DNA of 64,000 nt from NCBI GenBank assembly GCA_003153355.1, contig PLYH01000003.1, positions 124,635 to 188,634 of the forward strand, written 5' to 3'. Below, piece after piece: positions 45,712 through 55,253 of this stretch (position 1 is its first letter; the number at the start of each line of letters is the position of its first letter). The position numbers were made by a program, and so were the translations under genes. This DNA comes from Candidatus Peregrinibacteria bacterium. GTDB taxonomy: Bacteria; Patescibacteriota; Gracilibacteria; UBA1369. The notes under the pieces were generated by a model, which worked only from the letters and a program-made list of their open reading frames with translations, had not been told where the DNA came from and ran no database searches.

Positions 45712-47682
45712 TTATAAAACGTTGACGACGTAGATCGTGGAGATTCCGTCATCAAAGAAATTCTTGGACGTGGTCAGACTGTCAAAAGCTTCAACATAAG
45801 GTTTGACGAGCGGATTCTGGTCCAAACCCAGCACCGGAACAAGCGCTCCCAGCTTGATGCTGAAAATTTCATCCGCGGTGCGCATGAGCGGCAATGCCGA
45901 TTTTGCAAAACCGTCAGATGTCCGGAGGTTTGTCTGAATTTTTCCTTCTTTGCGGTCGATGATATTTTTGAGCGTTCCCAGATCTGTGGAAACGGCAAGC
46001 GTGCTATCCATGACCGTATAATTGATGGCCCACGGCAAACTTCCCGGCTGCAGCGTTGTGACGTTGTAGCCGTCGTAATTGCTGTCGCTGCGGGTGATGT
46101 CTTCTGCTCCCGCAACGATTTCCTGGCCTTTAGTTCCGTCCGGAAGAGTTACATCCTGAACCTGCGGAGCAAAAATTCCACGGGTCTGGACAAACGCTGT
46201 CGCCAATTTTTCGATACGGTTCGTGTCGTTATTTTTATCGCTGAGTTCCATCATCACGGAAATAACCGGGGCGTCAAAATTGTTTTCAACCATAACAAGA
46301 TATTCATTCTGAAGGAGAGGATAAACATCCGAGTCGAGCGAAATGTCTTTGCCGAAATACTTATCTTTCTGCGCTTCAATAATTCCGTTCAGAAGTGTTG
46401 AATCGATACTCGTTCCCGTACTGAAAATTTCGCCGATGCGCTGGATCTCTTTGTAAAGATCGTGTCCTCCGGCGTAAAGAATGGAGTTTTCGCTGGCGAG
46501 CTGGAGCAGGTTTCCCTGATATTTATCGCTGTAGGTCAAATAAGACTGGCCCTGAAGCTGGCTGCGGTCAATGGCTTCAAATTGCTGGATGGTCAGATTG
46601 TTATCGTTGGCGGCAAGCGTAAATCCTTCCGCTGCAAAAATTTTCATGAAGGGCTCGAGATCAAGAAGATCTTTCGTTCTTTGTCCCTGGAACAGCGGAT
46701 TTTTCAGCATTGTATCAAAAAGCAATTGCATATTGATGTACCCAGATGCGAGTCCGCTTTGCGGCAAATTGTTGTACACTTTCTGGTACGTAGGATCATC
46801 CTGAAGTTTGTTGCTCTGGCTGCTTTGAGCATCGATAAGCTGCTGGAGCAACGCTTCGTTTCCGCCCAGGACCAGATAATTATTGATGAACACGAAATAA
46901 TAATTCTGGCTGAGTTTGTAGTGGTAGATGGTGTAGTTCTGATAATTATCGGTCATCAGTTCATCGCCGGAATTGACCAGGGCGCGGCTCTTTAAGAACT
47001 CCAAAGCTTTTTCGGAACTCTTGTCTTCAACAAACAATACCAGTTTGACGCCGGTGTCGTCCTGGGTTTGTTTCATGAGCGCAACGCCGAGCGATCGTCC
47101 GATCCACGGCTGAAGATCGTTCTGATAATCAACAGGGAAGACCAGGTTCAAAAGTTTGACGAGATTTTCCGGCTGATAGACGGGGTATTTTGCAAAAAGC
47201 GTATTGAATTTTTTGACCTGGTCGGAGTCGCCGTCGATGTTCACCTCGGCATAACCGATAGTCGTATTCGCGGGAAGGAAATGCGCCAGCGATTGCGGTC
47301 TGAAAAGGCGAGTATAAAGAAAATAACTGACGAAACCGATCATAAAAACACCGACCAGCACCATAATGCCGCCTTTCATTTTTTGCTTTTGAGTGTCTGT
47401 AAAAACCGGCTTACGGGGCTTCTTCTCCTTTGGAGGACGGGGCTCGTGTTTTACAACTTCCTGTTTTACCGCCTCATGTTTAAAAACTCCTTGTTTTACC
47501 ACTTCATGTTTCACCTCTTCCGCCACAGGTTTAGGCTGTTCCTTTTTCTTTTTCGCGCGGTTGAAAATTTTCTTAAGCAATTTTTTCTGCTCTTTCGCCT
47601 CCTTTTCCTCTTCTATTTGTTCAGGAGTCTTTACGAGTTTTTTTGTTGAGGCCACGGTTTTCTTTTTGCTTTTCTTTCCCAT
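45712..47682 (-). CDS. N-terminally anchored extracytoplasmic protein with Lys-rich cytoplasmic head (possibly DUF3352-like)
   Basis: 656-aa ORF 3 nt downstream of the DUF4012 gene. Imperfect KHE(V/A)VKQ heptads. TM segment IMVLVGVFMIGFVSYFLY. Confidence 0.75.
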   Translation of the reverse strand: MGKKSKKKTVASTKKLVKTPEQIEEEKEAKEQKKLLKKIFNRAKKKKEQPKPVAEEVKHEVVKQGVFKHEAVKQEVVKHEPRPPKEKKPRKPVFTDTQKQKMKGGIMVLVGVFMIGFVSYFLYTRLFRPQSLAHFLPANTTIGYAEVNIDGDSDQVKKFNTLFAKYPVYQPENLVKLLNLVFPVDYQNDLQPWIGRSLGVALMKQTQDDTGVKLVLFVEDKSSEKALEFLKSRALVNSGDELMTDNYQNYTIYHYKLSQNYYFVFINNYLVLGGNEALLQQLIDAQSSQSNKLQDDPTYQKVYNNLPQSGLASGYINMQLLFDTMLKNPLFQGQRTKDLLDLEPFMKIFAAEGFTLAANDNNLTIQQFEAIDRSQLQGQSYLTYSDKYQGNLLQLASENSILYAGGHDLYKEIQRIGEIFSTGTSIDSTLLNGIIEAQKDKYFGKDISLDSDVYPLLQNEYLVMVENNFDAPVISVMMELSDKNNDTNRIEKLATAFVQTRGIFAPQVQDVTLPDGTKGQEIVAGAEDITRSDSNYDGYNVTTLQPGSLPWAINYTVMDSTLAVSTDLGTLKNIIDRKEGKIQTNLRTSDGFAKSALPLMRTADEIFSIKLGALVPVLGLDQNPLVKPYVEAFDSLTTSKNFFDDGISTIYVVNVL

Positions 47683-47738
47683 AAAAAATCAGAAAAAAAG
47701 ATGCACAATCCAGTGAGCCACAGTATCTCAGAACAGGC

Positions 47739-47768
47739 TTGAAAGTTCAAGCTGATTGCTGCTAGAAT
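47739..47768 (+). promoter_or_regulatory. candidate alaS promoter
   Basis: TTGAAA (47739-47744), 18-nt spacer, TAGAAT (47763-47768). Confidence 0.4.
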
Positions 47769-47810
47769 ACAGGCCCGAATGACGTAATTTTCCAGACACT
47801 CAAAACCCTT

Positions 47811-49808
47811 ATGCAAGCAAAAGAACTCCGACGCAGATTTATTGATTTCTTTGTCAAAAAACACGGCCACTCAGAAATACCGAGCAGCTCTCTGGTTCCG
47901 GAAAATGATCCGACGGTTTTGTTTACGACCGCGGGCATGCATCCGCTGGTTCCGTATTTGATGGGCGAAGTTCATCCTGCAGGCAAGCGTCTGGTCGATG
48001 CCCAAAAATGTTTGCGCACCGACGATATTGATGAGGTCGGCGATGCCACGCACTGCACATTTTTTGAGATGCTCGGCAATTGGTCGCTCGGCGATTATTT
48101 TAAGAAAGAAGCCATCAACTGGAGTTATGAATTTTTAATGGGACCGTTGGAAGACGGCTGTCTTGGGCTGAATCCGGACCGTTTGATGGTGACCTGTTTT
48201 GCAGGTGACGCAGACGCTCCGCGCGATGACGAAGCCGCTTCGATCTGGGAAAGCATCGGATTTAAAAAATACACAGGTGCAGGATCAAAAGACCGCCGGC
48301 TTATTTTCTTTTACGAAAAAAAGAAGAACTGGTGGGGGCCGGCCGGCCACATCGGACCATGCGGTCCCGACACAGAAATGTTCTACGATCTTTATCCGGA
48401 TTTGCCTTGGGATGAACATAAACCAGGGTCGTCGGAAACCTCACAAAAACGTTATCGGTTAGCTGATTTAAAAGGCAAATGCCATCCGAACTGCGAATGC
48501 GGACATTACGTGGAAATCTGGAATGACGTGTTCATGCAGTACAATAAAATGCCTGACGGAAAATATGAACCGCTCAAGCAGCAAAACGTTGATACGGGCA
48601 TGGGCCTGGAACGCGTGGCCGCGATTTTGCAGGGAAAACCTTCTCATTACGAGACCGAACTTTTTGCTCCTCTGTTCGAAAAAATTGTTGAATTAGCTCA
48701 ACCACCGAGTAAAGAAAATAGACAGGAATATGAAGATTTTGTTTTTAAAAGGGCTTTTAGAGGCGGAGAGCAACTCAATTTCCACGATATGGCTGCTGAA
48801 CGTGATATTTCTAAAAGAATTATTGCCGATCACATCCGCGCCGCGACATTTATTATGGGTGATCCGTGGGGCGTTGCTCCGTCAAATAAAGATCAGGGAT
48901 ATGTTTTGCGTCGTCTGATCCGCCGTGCGATCCGTCATGCCAAAATGGTGGGCATCCAATGGAACTTTACGGATATTTTAGGACAGATGGTCGTGGATAT
49001 TTACGGCGACGTTTATCCTGAATTGAGAGCCCGCAACGATCAGATCATTGATGAATTCAAACGCGAGGAAGCCAAATTCCAGAAGACGATCGAACAGGGT
49101 CTGCGCGAAATGCGCAAGATCTGGAACGACGACAACTGTAAAAAAGAACTGGCCGTTGAAAACGGAGACAAAGCATTTTTTGTTTATGAAACTTATGGAT
49201 TTCCGATTGAAATGATCAAAGAGGAGCTTGTAAAACTCGGCTATTCAATTGATGAAAAAGCTTTCATGCAGCGCTTTGAAGATGCGCATAAAGCCCATCA
49301 GAATAAATCGCGCGCGGGTTCGGAAATGAAGTTTGCCGGAGGTCTGGCCGATCATTCATGGGAATGTACAATGCTCCATACCGCCACGCACTTATTGCAC
49401 CAGGCGCTTCGCGACGTTTTAGGCGATGAGGTTTATCAGAAAGGTTCAAACATTACCGCTGAACGTCTGCGTTTTGATTTCAATTACAAGGAAAAAATGA
49501 CGCCCGAACAGATCAGACAGGCTGAAGAAATCGTCAACAAACAGATCCAGCGCGACCTGCCGGTAAGTTTTGAAATCGTGACTGTTGATGAGGCGAAAAA
49601 TAAAGGAGCGATCGGGGTTTTTCCCGAACGCTATGATGAAAAAGTGAAAGTCTACCGCATGGGTGATTACTCGTACGAAATCTGCGGAGGCCCGCATGTT
49701 CCGAATACCGGCTCGCTCAAAAAATTCAAAATCATCAAAGAGGAAGCCGTATCAGCCGGAATCCGCCGCATTAAAGCTGTGGTGGTCGGAGCAGGATTAA
49801 AAGAATAA
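47811..49808 (+). CDS. alaS: alanine--tRNA ligase, short form (665 aa; ends after the editing domain)
   Basis: ELRRRFIDFF..KHGH, DPTVLFTTAGM, FFEMLGNWSLGDYFK, GPCGP, IWNDVFMQYN, editing-domain HTATHLLH and CGGPH. No C-Ala-like tail. Confidence 0.9.
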   Translation: MQAKELRRRFIDFFVKKHGHSEIPSSSLVPENDPTVLFTTAGMHPLVPYLMGEVHPAGKRLVDAQKCLRTDDIDEVGDATHCTFFEMLGNWSLGDYFKKEAINWSYEFLMGPLEDGCLGLNPDRLMVTCFAGDADAPRDDEAASIWESIGFKKYTGAGSKDRRLIFFYEKKKNWWGPAGHIGPCGPDTEMFYDLYPDLPWDEHKPGSSETSQKRYRLADLKGKCHPNCECGHYVEIWNDVFMQYNKMPDGKYEPLKQQNVDTGMGLERVAAILQGKPSHYETELFAPLFEKIVELAQPPSKENRQEYEDFVFKRAFRGGEQLNFHDMAAERDISKRIIADHIRAATFIMGDPWGVAPSNKDQGYVLRRLIRRAIRHAKMVGIQWNFTDILGQMVVDIYGDVYPELRARNDQIIDEFKREEAKFQKTIEQGLREMRKIWNDDNCKKELAVENGDKAFFVYETYGFPIEMIKEELVKLGYSIDEKAFMQRFEDAHKAHQNKSRAGSEMKFAGGLADHSWECTMLHTATHLLHQALRDVLGDEVYQKGSNITAERLRFDFNYKEKMTPEQIRQAEEIVNKQIQRDLPVSFEIVTVDEAKNKGAIGVFPERYDEKVKVYRMGDYSYEICGGPHVPNTGSLKKFKIIKEEAVSAGIRRIKAVVVGAGLKE

Positions 49809-49915
49809 GGAGCTTGTTTATTTTGCCTTTTGGTGGCATAATCGCTTTCCTGTCTTTCCAGATAGGAATCGCTCTTTGATCTAACCGATCTAACCCCAAA
49901 CGGAAAGGTGAATTC

Positions 49916-50401
49916 ATGCGAATTCAAGAACTCTTCGCAGCCCTGGTTGCCAAGGTGAAAGCCGTACGCATCAGGAATCTGCTCGCAGATCTGTTCGCCC
50001 GCATCATCTTCTCGTTCGTAACGGGGATGGTGATCGAAATGGTCATTTCGGGCATGAGTCTTCATCAGTCACTATTGTCGCGGGTAACCAACCTGCCCCT
50101 GGTGATGCTGATGGCTCGCCCTTACGGGATTTACCGCGACTGGACACTCAGAAAGGGTCAAGCGTCCGTCCGCAAAGAAAGACCCTACCGCTGGGTCATC
50201 CTGAACATGTTCACGTACGCGACGTTCTTCGTTCCGCAGTACGCGCTCGTGTTGTGGCTTGAAGGGGCTGCGCAGATGCAGATCCTGAAAGCGAGCGGTT
50301 CGGTTGCCCTCTTTTCGGTTTTGCTGGGAGCCGCTTACGGTTACTGGCTCGACTGGTGCCGACACGGACTCTTCCGCATCCGACGCGAGGGTTTACAATA
50401 A
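49916..50401 (+). CDS. alaE: AlaE-family L-alanine exporter-like membrane protein
   Basis: 161 aa. ARPYGIYRD and GAAYGYWLDWCR resemble E. coli AlaE (WPYGMYRD, GAVYGYFLDYCR) as I recall it. Confidence 0.7.
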   Translation: MRIQELFAALVAKVKAVRIRNLLADLFARIIFSFVTGMVIEMVISGMSLHQSLLSRVTNLPLVMLMARPYGIYRDWTLRKGQASVRKERPYRWVILNMFTYATFFVPQYALVLWLEGAAQMQILKASGSVALFSVLLGAAYGYWLDWCRHGLFRIRREGLQ

Positions 50402-50444
50402 CAGGACTCCGGCGCTGCTGCAAAGCACGCCGGGGTCTGTTTCC

Positions 50445-51422
50445 TTATTTATTATCGGTAATTTCCGGCGTTGCTTTCACGTCTGCCAGGATATCAAGAT
50501 CGACCTGATTTCCTTTCAGGTGGAGCTTCTTTTTTTGTAACCAGTTGAAACCTTTTTCAGGGCTTACCACTACAATATCTATTGCACCGCCGACTCCCGG
50601 AGAAGATCCCGGAACAGCCCAGGTTCCGTCGGTAATTTTCTGGACGTATTCGGTAATTTTCATGGCGAGCTGGCAGAATTCCACGGCATCCTGAAGGGTC
50701 ATGGTTCCCCAGTTGATGACGTATTCCTGGTCATCGATCATCCGTAATAATTCTTCTTTTTTCCCGGCGGGAAGATCCTGAATGATCTGGAAACGTTTGA
50801 TTTCAGGGCTCCAGCCTCGGATGATTCTGATGAGCACATCAGTCTGGCCGATCCAGGTTGCGCCCGACTGGTCTTTGCTCAGCTTGAGAATAACTCCGTT
50901 TTTTTCTTTGGGATCGGGAATCGTAATTTTATAGACCATGTTGCTTTTGTTCATATCGTGTCCGGCGACTAAAAATTCCAGAATGGACTGGTAGAATTTT
51001 TGTTCCTGCTTCTGGCCTTTTTCATCTTTATAATCGAAGATCACGCATTCAAGTTCAAAACGGTACTGAACTTCTTTGCAGCCCTTATCTTCAAAACGCT
51101 TTTTCTGTCCTTCGGCATAGTTCGTTAAAAAACGGCTGTAAATATCTGCGAAGTAATCGTAAAGTTTATCAACAACGTCCGGGACGTCCATGTGCTCAAG
51201 GTCGTATTTATTTTTGAACTCGTGAATGTGCTGCTGGATATTTTTATTTTCCAAAAAAGAGATCCCGCAGGCCATTGCGCCGAGTCTTGAATTAAGCTGA
51301 AAAAGTTTCATGCGGGTTTCGGAACCCATGCGGATGTCTCCGATTGCGTTGCGGTATGTTTCCATGCTGTCCGCGGCCATGACATTCCCCTCGTTGGTAG
51401 TGACAACAATCGCTAAACTCAT
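50445..51422 (-). CDS. proteasome-beta/HslV-like Ntn-hydrolase fold protein (325 aa) with Ser at the nucleophile position
   Basis: MSLAIVVTTNEGNVMAADS...RMKLFQLNSRLGAMACG parallels TTTVGI..DAVIMATE...GKKLFQIDTYTGMTIAG of archaeal beta subunits. Asp17 and the KLFQ Lys are present. C-terminal GVGGAIDIVVV. Confidence 0.65.
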   Translation of the reverse strand: MSLAIVVTTNEGNVMAADSMETYRNAIGDIRMGSETRMKLFQLNSRLGAMACGISFLENKNIQQHIHEFKNKYDLEHMDVPDVVDKLYDYFADIYSRFLTNYAEGQKKRFEDKGCKEVQYRFELECVIFDYKDEKGQKQEQKFYQSILEFLVAGHDMNKSNMVYKITIPDPKEKNGVILKLSKDQSGATWIGQTDVLIRIIRGWSPEIKRFQIIQDLPAGKKEELLRMIDDQEYVINWGTMTLQDAVEFCQLAMKITEYVQKITDGTWAVPGSSPGVGGAIDIVVVSPEKGFNWLQKKKLHLKGNQVDLDILADVKATPEITDNK

Positions 51423-51441
51423 AAAAATTTGCTTTAGAATC

Positions 51442-51517
51442 TGGTGGCCCCGGCGGGAATTGAACCTGCATCTAAGCCTTAGGAGTGCCTTGTTCTATCC
51501 ATTTGAACTACGGGACC
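51442..51517 (-). tRNA. tRNA-Arg (anticodon CCU), CCA encoded
   Basis: Manual cloverleaf on the minus strand: acceptor GGTCCCG/CGGGGCC (one G-U), D arm GTTC/GAAC, anticodon loop CTCCTAA, T loop TTCAATT, 76 nt. One mismatch each in the anticodon and T stems. Confidence 0.85.
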
Positions 51518-51525
51518 ACGTCGGC

Positions 51526-52161
51526 CTAAGCGTTTTGAGGATTCAAGATTAGGAATTCAGTTTTTTCCTGGGGAAGTTCGCTGCGGGTACTCACTGAAAA
51601 CTTTTCAGCAGTTTTTGCTCCTGCTGCGCCGGTTTTTTTGAGGAACGCATCCAGATCTCCCGCTTCCTCTTTCAGACCGTCGGTTTTGTAGCCGACAGGG
51701 ATAACCATTCTTGGTTCAATTTCTTCAATGGTTTTGTGCATCTCATCCAGATTGCCTTTCACCGGAACAACCAAAATATCCACGTCGCCGATATTTTCCA
51801 TAAGGTCTTCGGCGATCGGAATGTCAAAATCGCTGATATAGCAGACTTTAAGTCCGTCAGCGTCAAAACTGTAAATCGTGGCTTTTTTAGGGCTTTTTTT
51901 ACCATCTTTGTTGTCGGTAATCTCCACGGCTGTGATGGCGATGCCTGATACTTCATATTCGCCGGGCCATGTAAGAATTTCCGGATCATCGCTGACAGCT
52001 TCAGCGTTATTGGATTTATTTTCTTCGTCGCTCAAAATAACCACATTTGCTTTGATGTTCGGAAGCTTGAGTCCGACGTCGTTTTTATAAGGATCAACGA
52101 CCAGAGCTCCTCCTTTGGTTTTGACTCCGAAACAGTTGTATCCGTACCAGGTGATTTCCAT
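51526..52161 (-). CDS. metallo-beta-lactamase-fold hydrolase (UPF0173-like)
   Basis: MEITWYGYNCFGVKTKGGALVVDPY and a size of about 210 aa are typical of the UPF0173 family. Confidence 0.75.
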   Translation of the reverse strand: MEITWYGYNCFGVKTKGGALVVDPYKNDVGLKLPNIKANVVILSDEENKSNNAEAVSDDPEILTWPGEYEVSGIAITAVEITDNKDGKKSPKKATIYSFDADGLKVCYISDFDIPIAEDLMENIGDVDILVVPVKGNLDEMHKTIEEIEPRMVIPVGYKTDGLKEEAGDLDAFLKKTGAAGAKTAEKFSVSTRSELPQEKTEFLILNPQNA

Positions 52162-52245
52162 AGCAATAAGCGTAAAAAATATTCATGCTGTAAGCGGCAT
52201 GGCAGACTTGCGGACGAACTATAAATGATTTTTTTGGGATTGTAA

Positions 52246-53586
<1,341 letters not shown>

Positions 53587-53598
53587 TTCCAGCGGCTC

Positions 53599-54462
53599 AT
53601 GATTCCAGTCATTAAAGCCAGCGACGTCCGCAACGCTTATCCCAAACGCGCGCCGGATTCGCATAAGGGCATGAACGGCCGCATTCTGATCGTGGGCGGG
53701 AGTATCGACTACTACGGCGCGCCTTTGCTCTGCGGTTACGGTGCTTTGTACGGCGGCGCTGATCTTGCCTATATTTTTGTTCCAGAATGTAATTTTGAAG
53801 CGAGCCGGACATATTATCCTGATTTTATTGTCCGTAAATTTCCCGGTGAATATCTGGACATGAAGGGCGTGACGCCGATCCTGGAGTTCGCCAAAAAATG
53901 CGACGTGCTTTTAATGGGCCCGGGCATGGGCGACCGTCCCGAAACCGCTGAAGCCATGAAAAATATTATTGAAAACAGTCCGATTCCCATGCTGCTGGAT
54001 TCATCTGCAATCCAGGTTCTGCAGAAGATCAAAAACTTTCCGCTCTCGCAAAAAATCGTCATCACTCCCCATCATAATGAGTTTGAACATCTTACGGGAA
54101 AGGACGTAAAAGTTTCCGGGTCGATGTCAGGGAAAGTCGTGCTTGCACGGACCATCGCCACTGATCTGAAAATTAATATTTTACTCAAGGGTCCTGAAAG
54201 CGTTGTTGCGGCTGAGGACGGAACGACAGCCATGAACTCAACCGGTAACGCCGGCATGACCGTGGGCGGGAGCGGGGACGTTTTGAGCGGCTACATCGCG
54301 GCCTTAATGGGACAGGGAGCGAACCCTTACGATGCCTGCCGCATCGGTTCCTATGTTTACGGTAAAACCGGCGATCAACTTTTCAAACAAAAAGGTTTTA
54401 ATTATACGGCAAGCGATCTGGCGGCCGAACTGCCTTACGTGATCCGTCAATTTGCTCCGTAA
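53599..54462 (+). CDS. nnrD: ADP-dependent NAD(P)H-hydrate dehydratase (YjeF C-terminal family)
   Basis: HKGMNGRILIVGGS..YYGAP, ITPHHNEF, GGSGDVLSG. Confidence 0.85.
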   Translation: MIPVIKASDVRNAYPKRAPDSHKGMNGRILIVGGSIDYYGAPLLCGYGALYGGADLAYIFVPECNFEASRTYYPDFIVRKFPGEYLDMKGVTPILEFAKKCDVLLMGPGMGDRPETAEAMKNIIENSPIPMLLDSSAIQVLQKIKNFPLSQKIVITPHHNEFEHLTGKDVKVSGSMSGKVVLARTIATDLKINILLKGPESVVAAEDGTTAMNSTGNAGMTVGGSGDVLSGYIAALMGQGANPYDACRIGSYVYGKTGDQLFKQKGFNYTASDLAAELPYVIRQFAP

Positions 54463-55247
54463 TGATCAAAAATTACCGGAAGGATTTACCAATTTTCCAG
54501 TTCCATTCTCTTCAGAAATTTTCTGATGAAGTTGATCATGCCGTACTTTCAAGGCTCGGCGGAGTGAGTAAAAAACCTTTCGACAGTCTGAACGTCAGCC
54601 TTACCGTTGATGACAGCGTTGAGGATGTTCTCCGCAACCGTTCAATTATTTGCGATGCCTTTGATCTGGAAGAAAACAATCTCGTAACGGCCAACCAAAC
54701 TCACAGTAAAAATGTTTGTATCGTTGATGAGGACATGCTCGCGAAGTATCAGCCGCGCCGCGAAGTTGATGATGTCGACGCTTTTGTGACGAACGTTTCC
54801 GGCGTTGCGCTAATGACGAAAGTCGCCGACTGTCAGGGCATCGTGATGTTCGATCCTGTGCAGAAAGTTATAGCAGCCGTCCATGCGGGCTGGCGCGGGC
54901 TGATGCAGGACGTAGGCGGCGCGGCGATCGCCGTGATGAAAAAGAAATTTAAAGTGAAGCCCGAACATCTTATGATTGGCATCAGTCCTTCGCTCGGGCC
55001 ATGCTGTTCCTTTTTCAGTGATCCAAAAAAAGAACTTTCGCCTGATTTCAAGCCATATATCAATATGAATAACACCGTTGATTTATGGCAATTCAGTCTG
55101 GATCAACTTTTAAGACATGGTGTCCAATCAGATCACATTGAACTGGCCCGCGTCTGCAGTATGTGCGGCGGAGGCGAGAAATTTTATTCGTTCAGGCGCG
55201 ACCGCGGAGTCACCGGAAGATTTGGAACAATGATTGTTTTGCGCTGA
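54462..55247 (+). CDS. pgeF: YfiH/PgeF family (laccase-domain) protein
   Basis: QTHS..V, DA.VT, ADCQGIVMFDP, AVHAGWRGL, CSMCG...FYSFRRD. Confidence 0.85.
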   Translation: MIKNYRKDLPIFQFHSLQKFSDEVDHAVLSRLGGVSKKPFDSLNVSLTVDDSVEDVLRNRSIICDAFDLEENNLVTANQTHSKNVCIVDEDMLAKYQPRREVDDVDAFVTNVSGVALMTKVADCQGIVMFDPVQKVIAAVHAGWRGLMQDVGGAAIAVMKKKFKVKPEHLMIGISPSLGPCCSFFSDPKKELSPDFKPYINMNNTVDLWQFSLDQLLRHGVQSDHIELARVCSMCGGGEKFYSFRRDRGVTGRFGTMIVLR

Positions 55248-55253
55248 TTGGAA

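Noticed and set aside
47393-47540. Apparent 21-nt tandem periodicity
   Set aside because: It is coding low-complexity sequence (imperfect KHE(V/A)VKQ heptads in the N-terminus of CDS 45712..47682), not a non-coding tandem repeat.
49916-50401. G+C anomaly of the alaE-like gene as evidence of transfer
   Set aside because: Hand counts give 57-60% inside. A nearby alaS sample gave 55%. One sample of the downstream gene gave 58% and another 38%. The contrast is too weak to count as compositional evidence.
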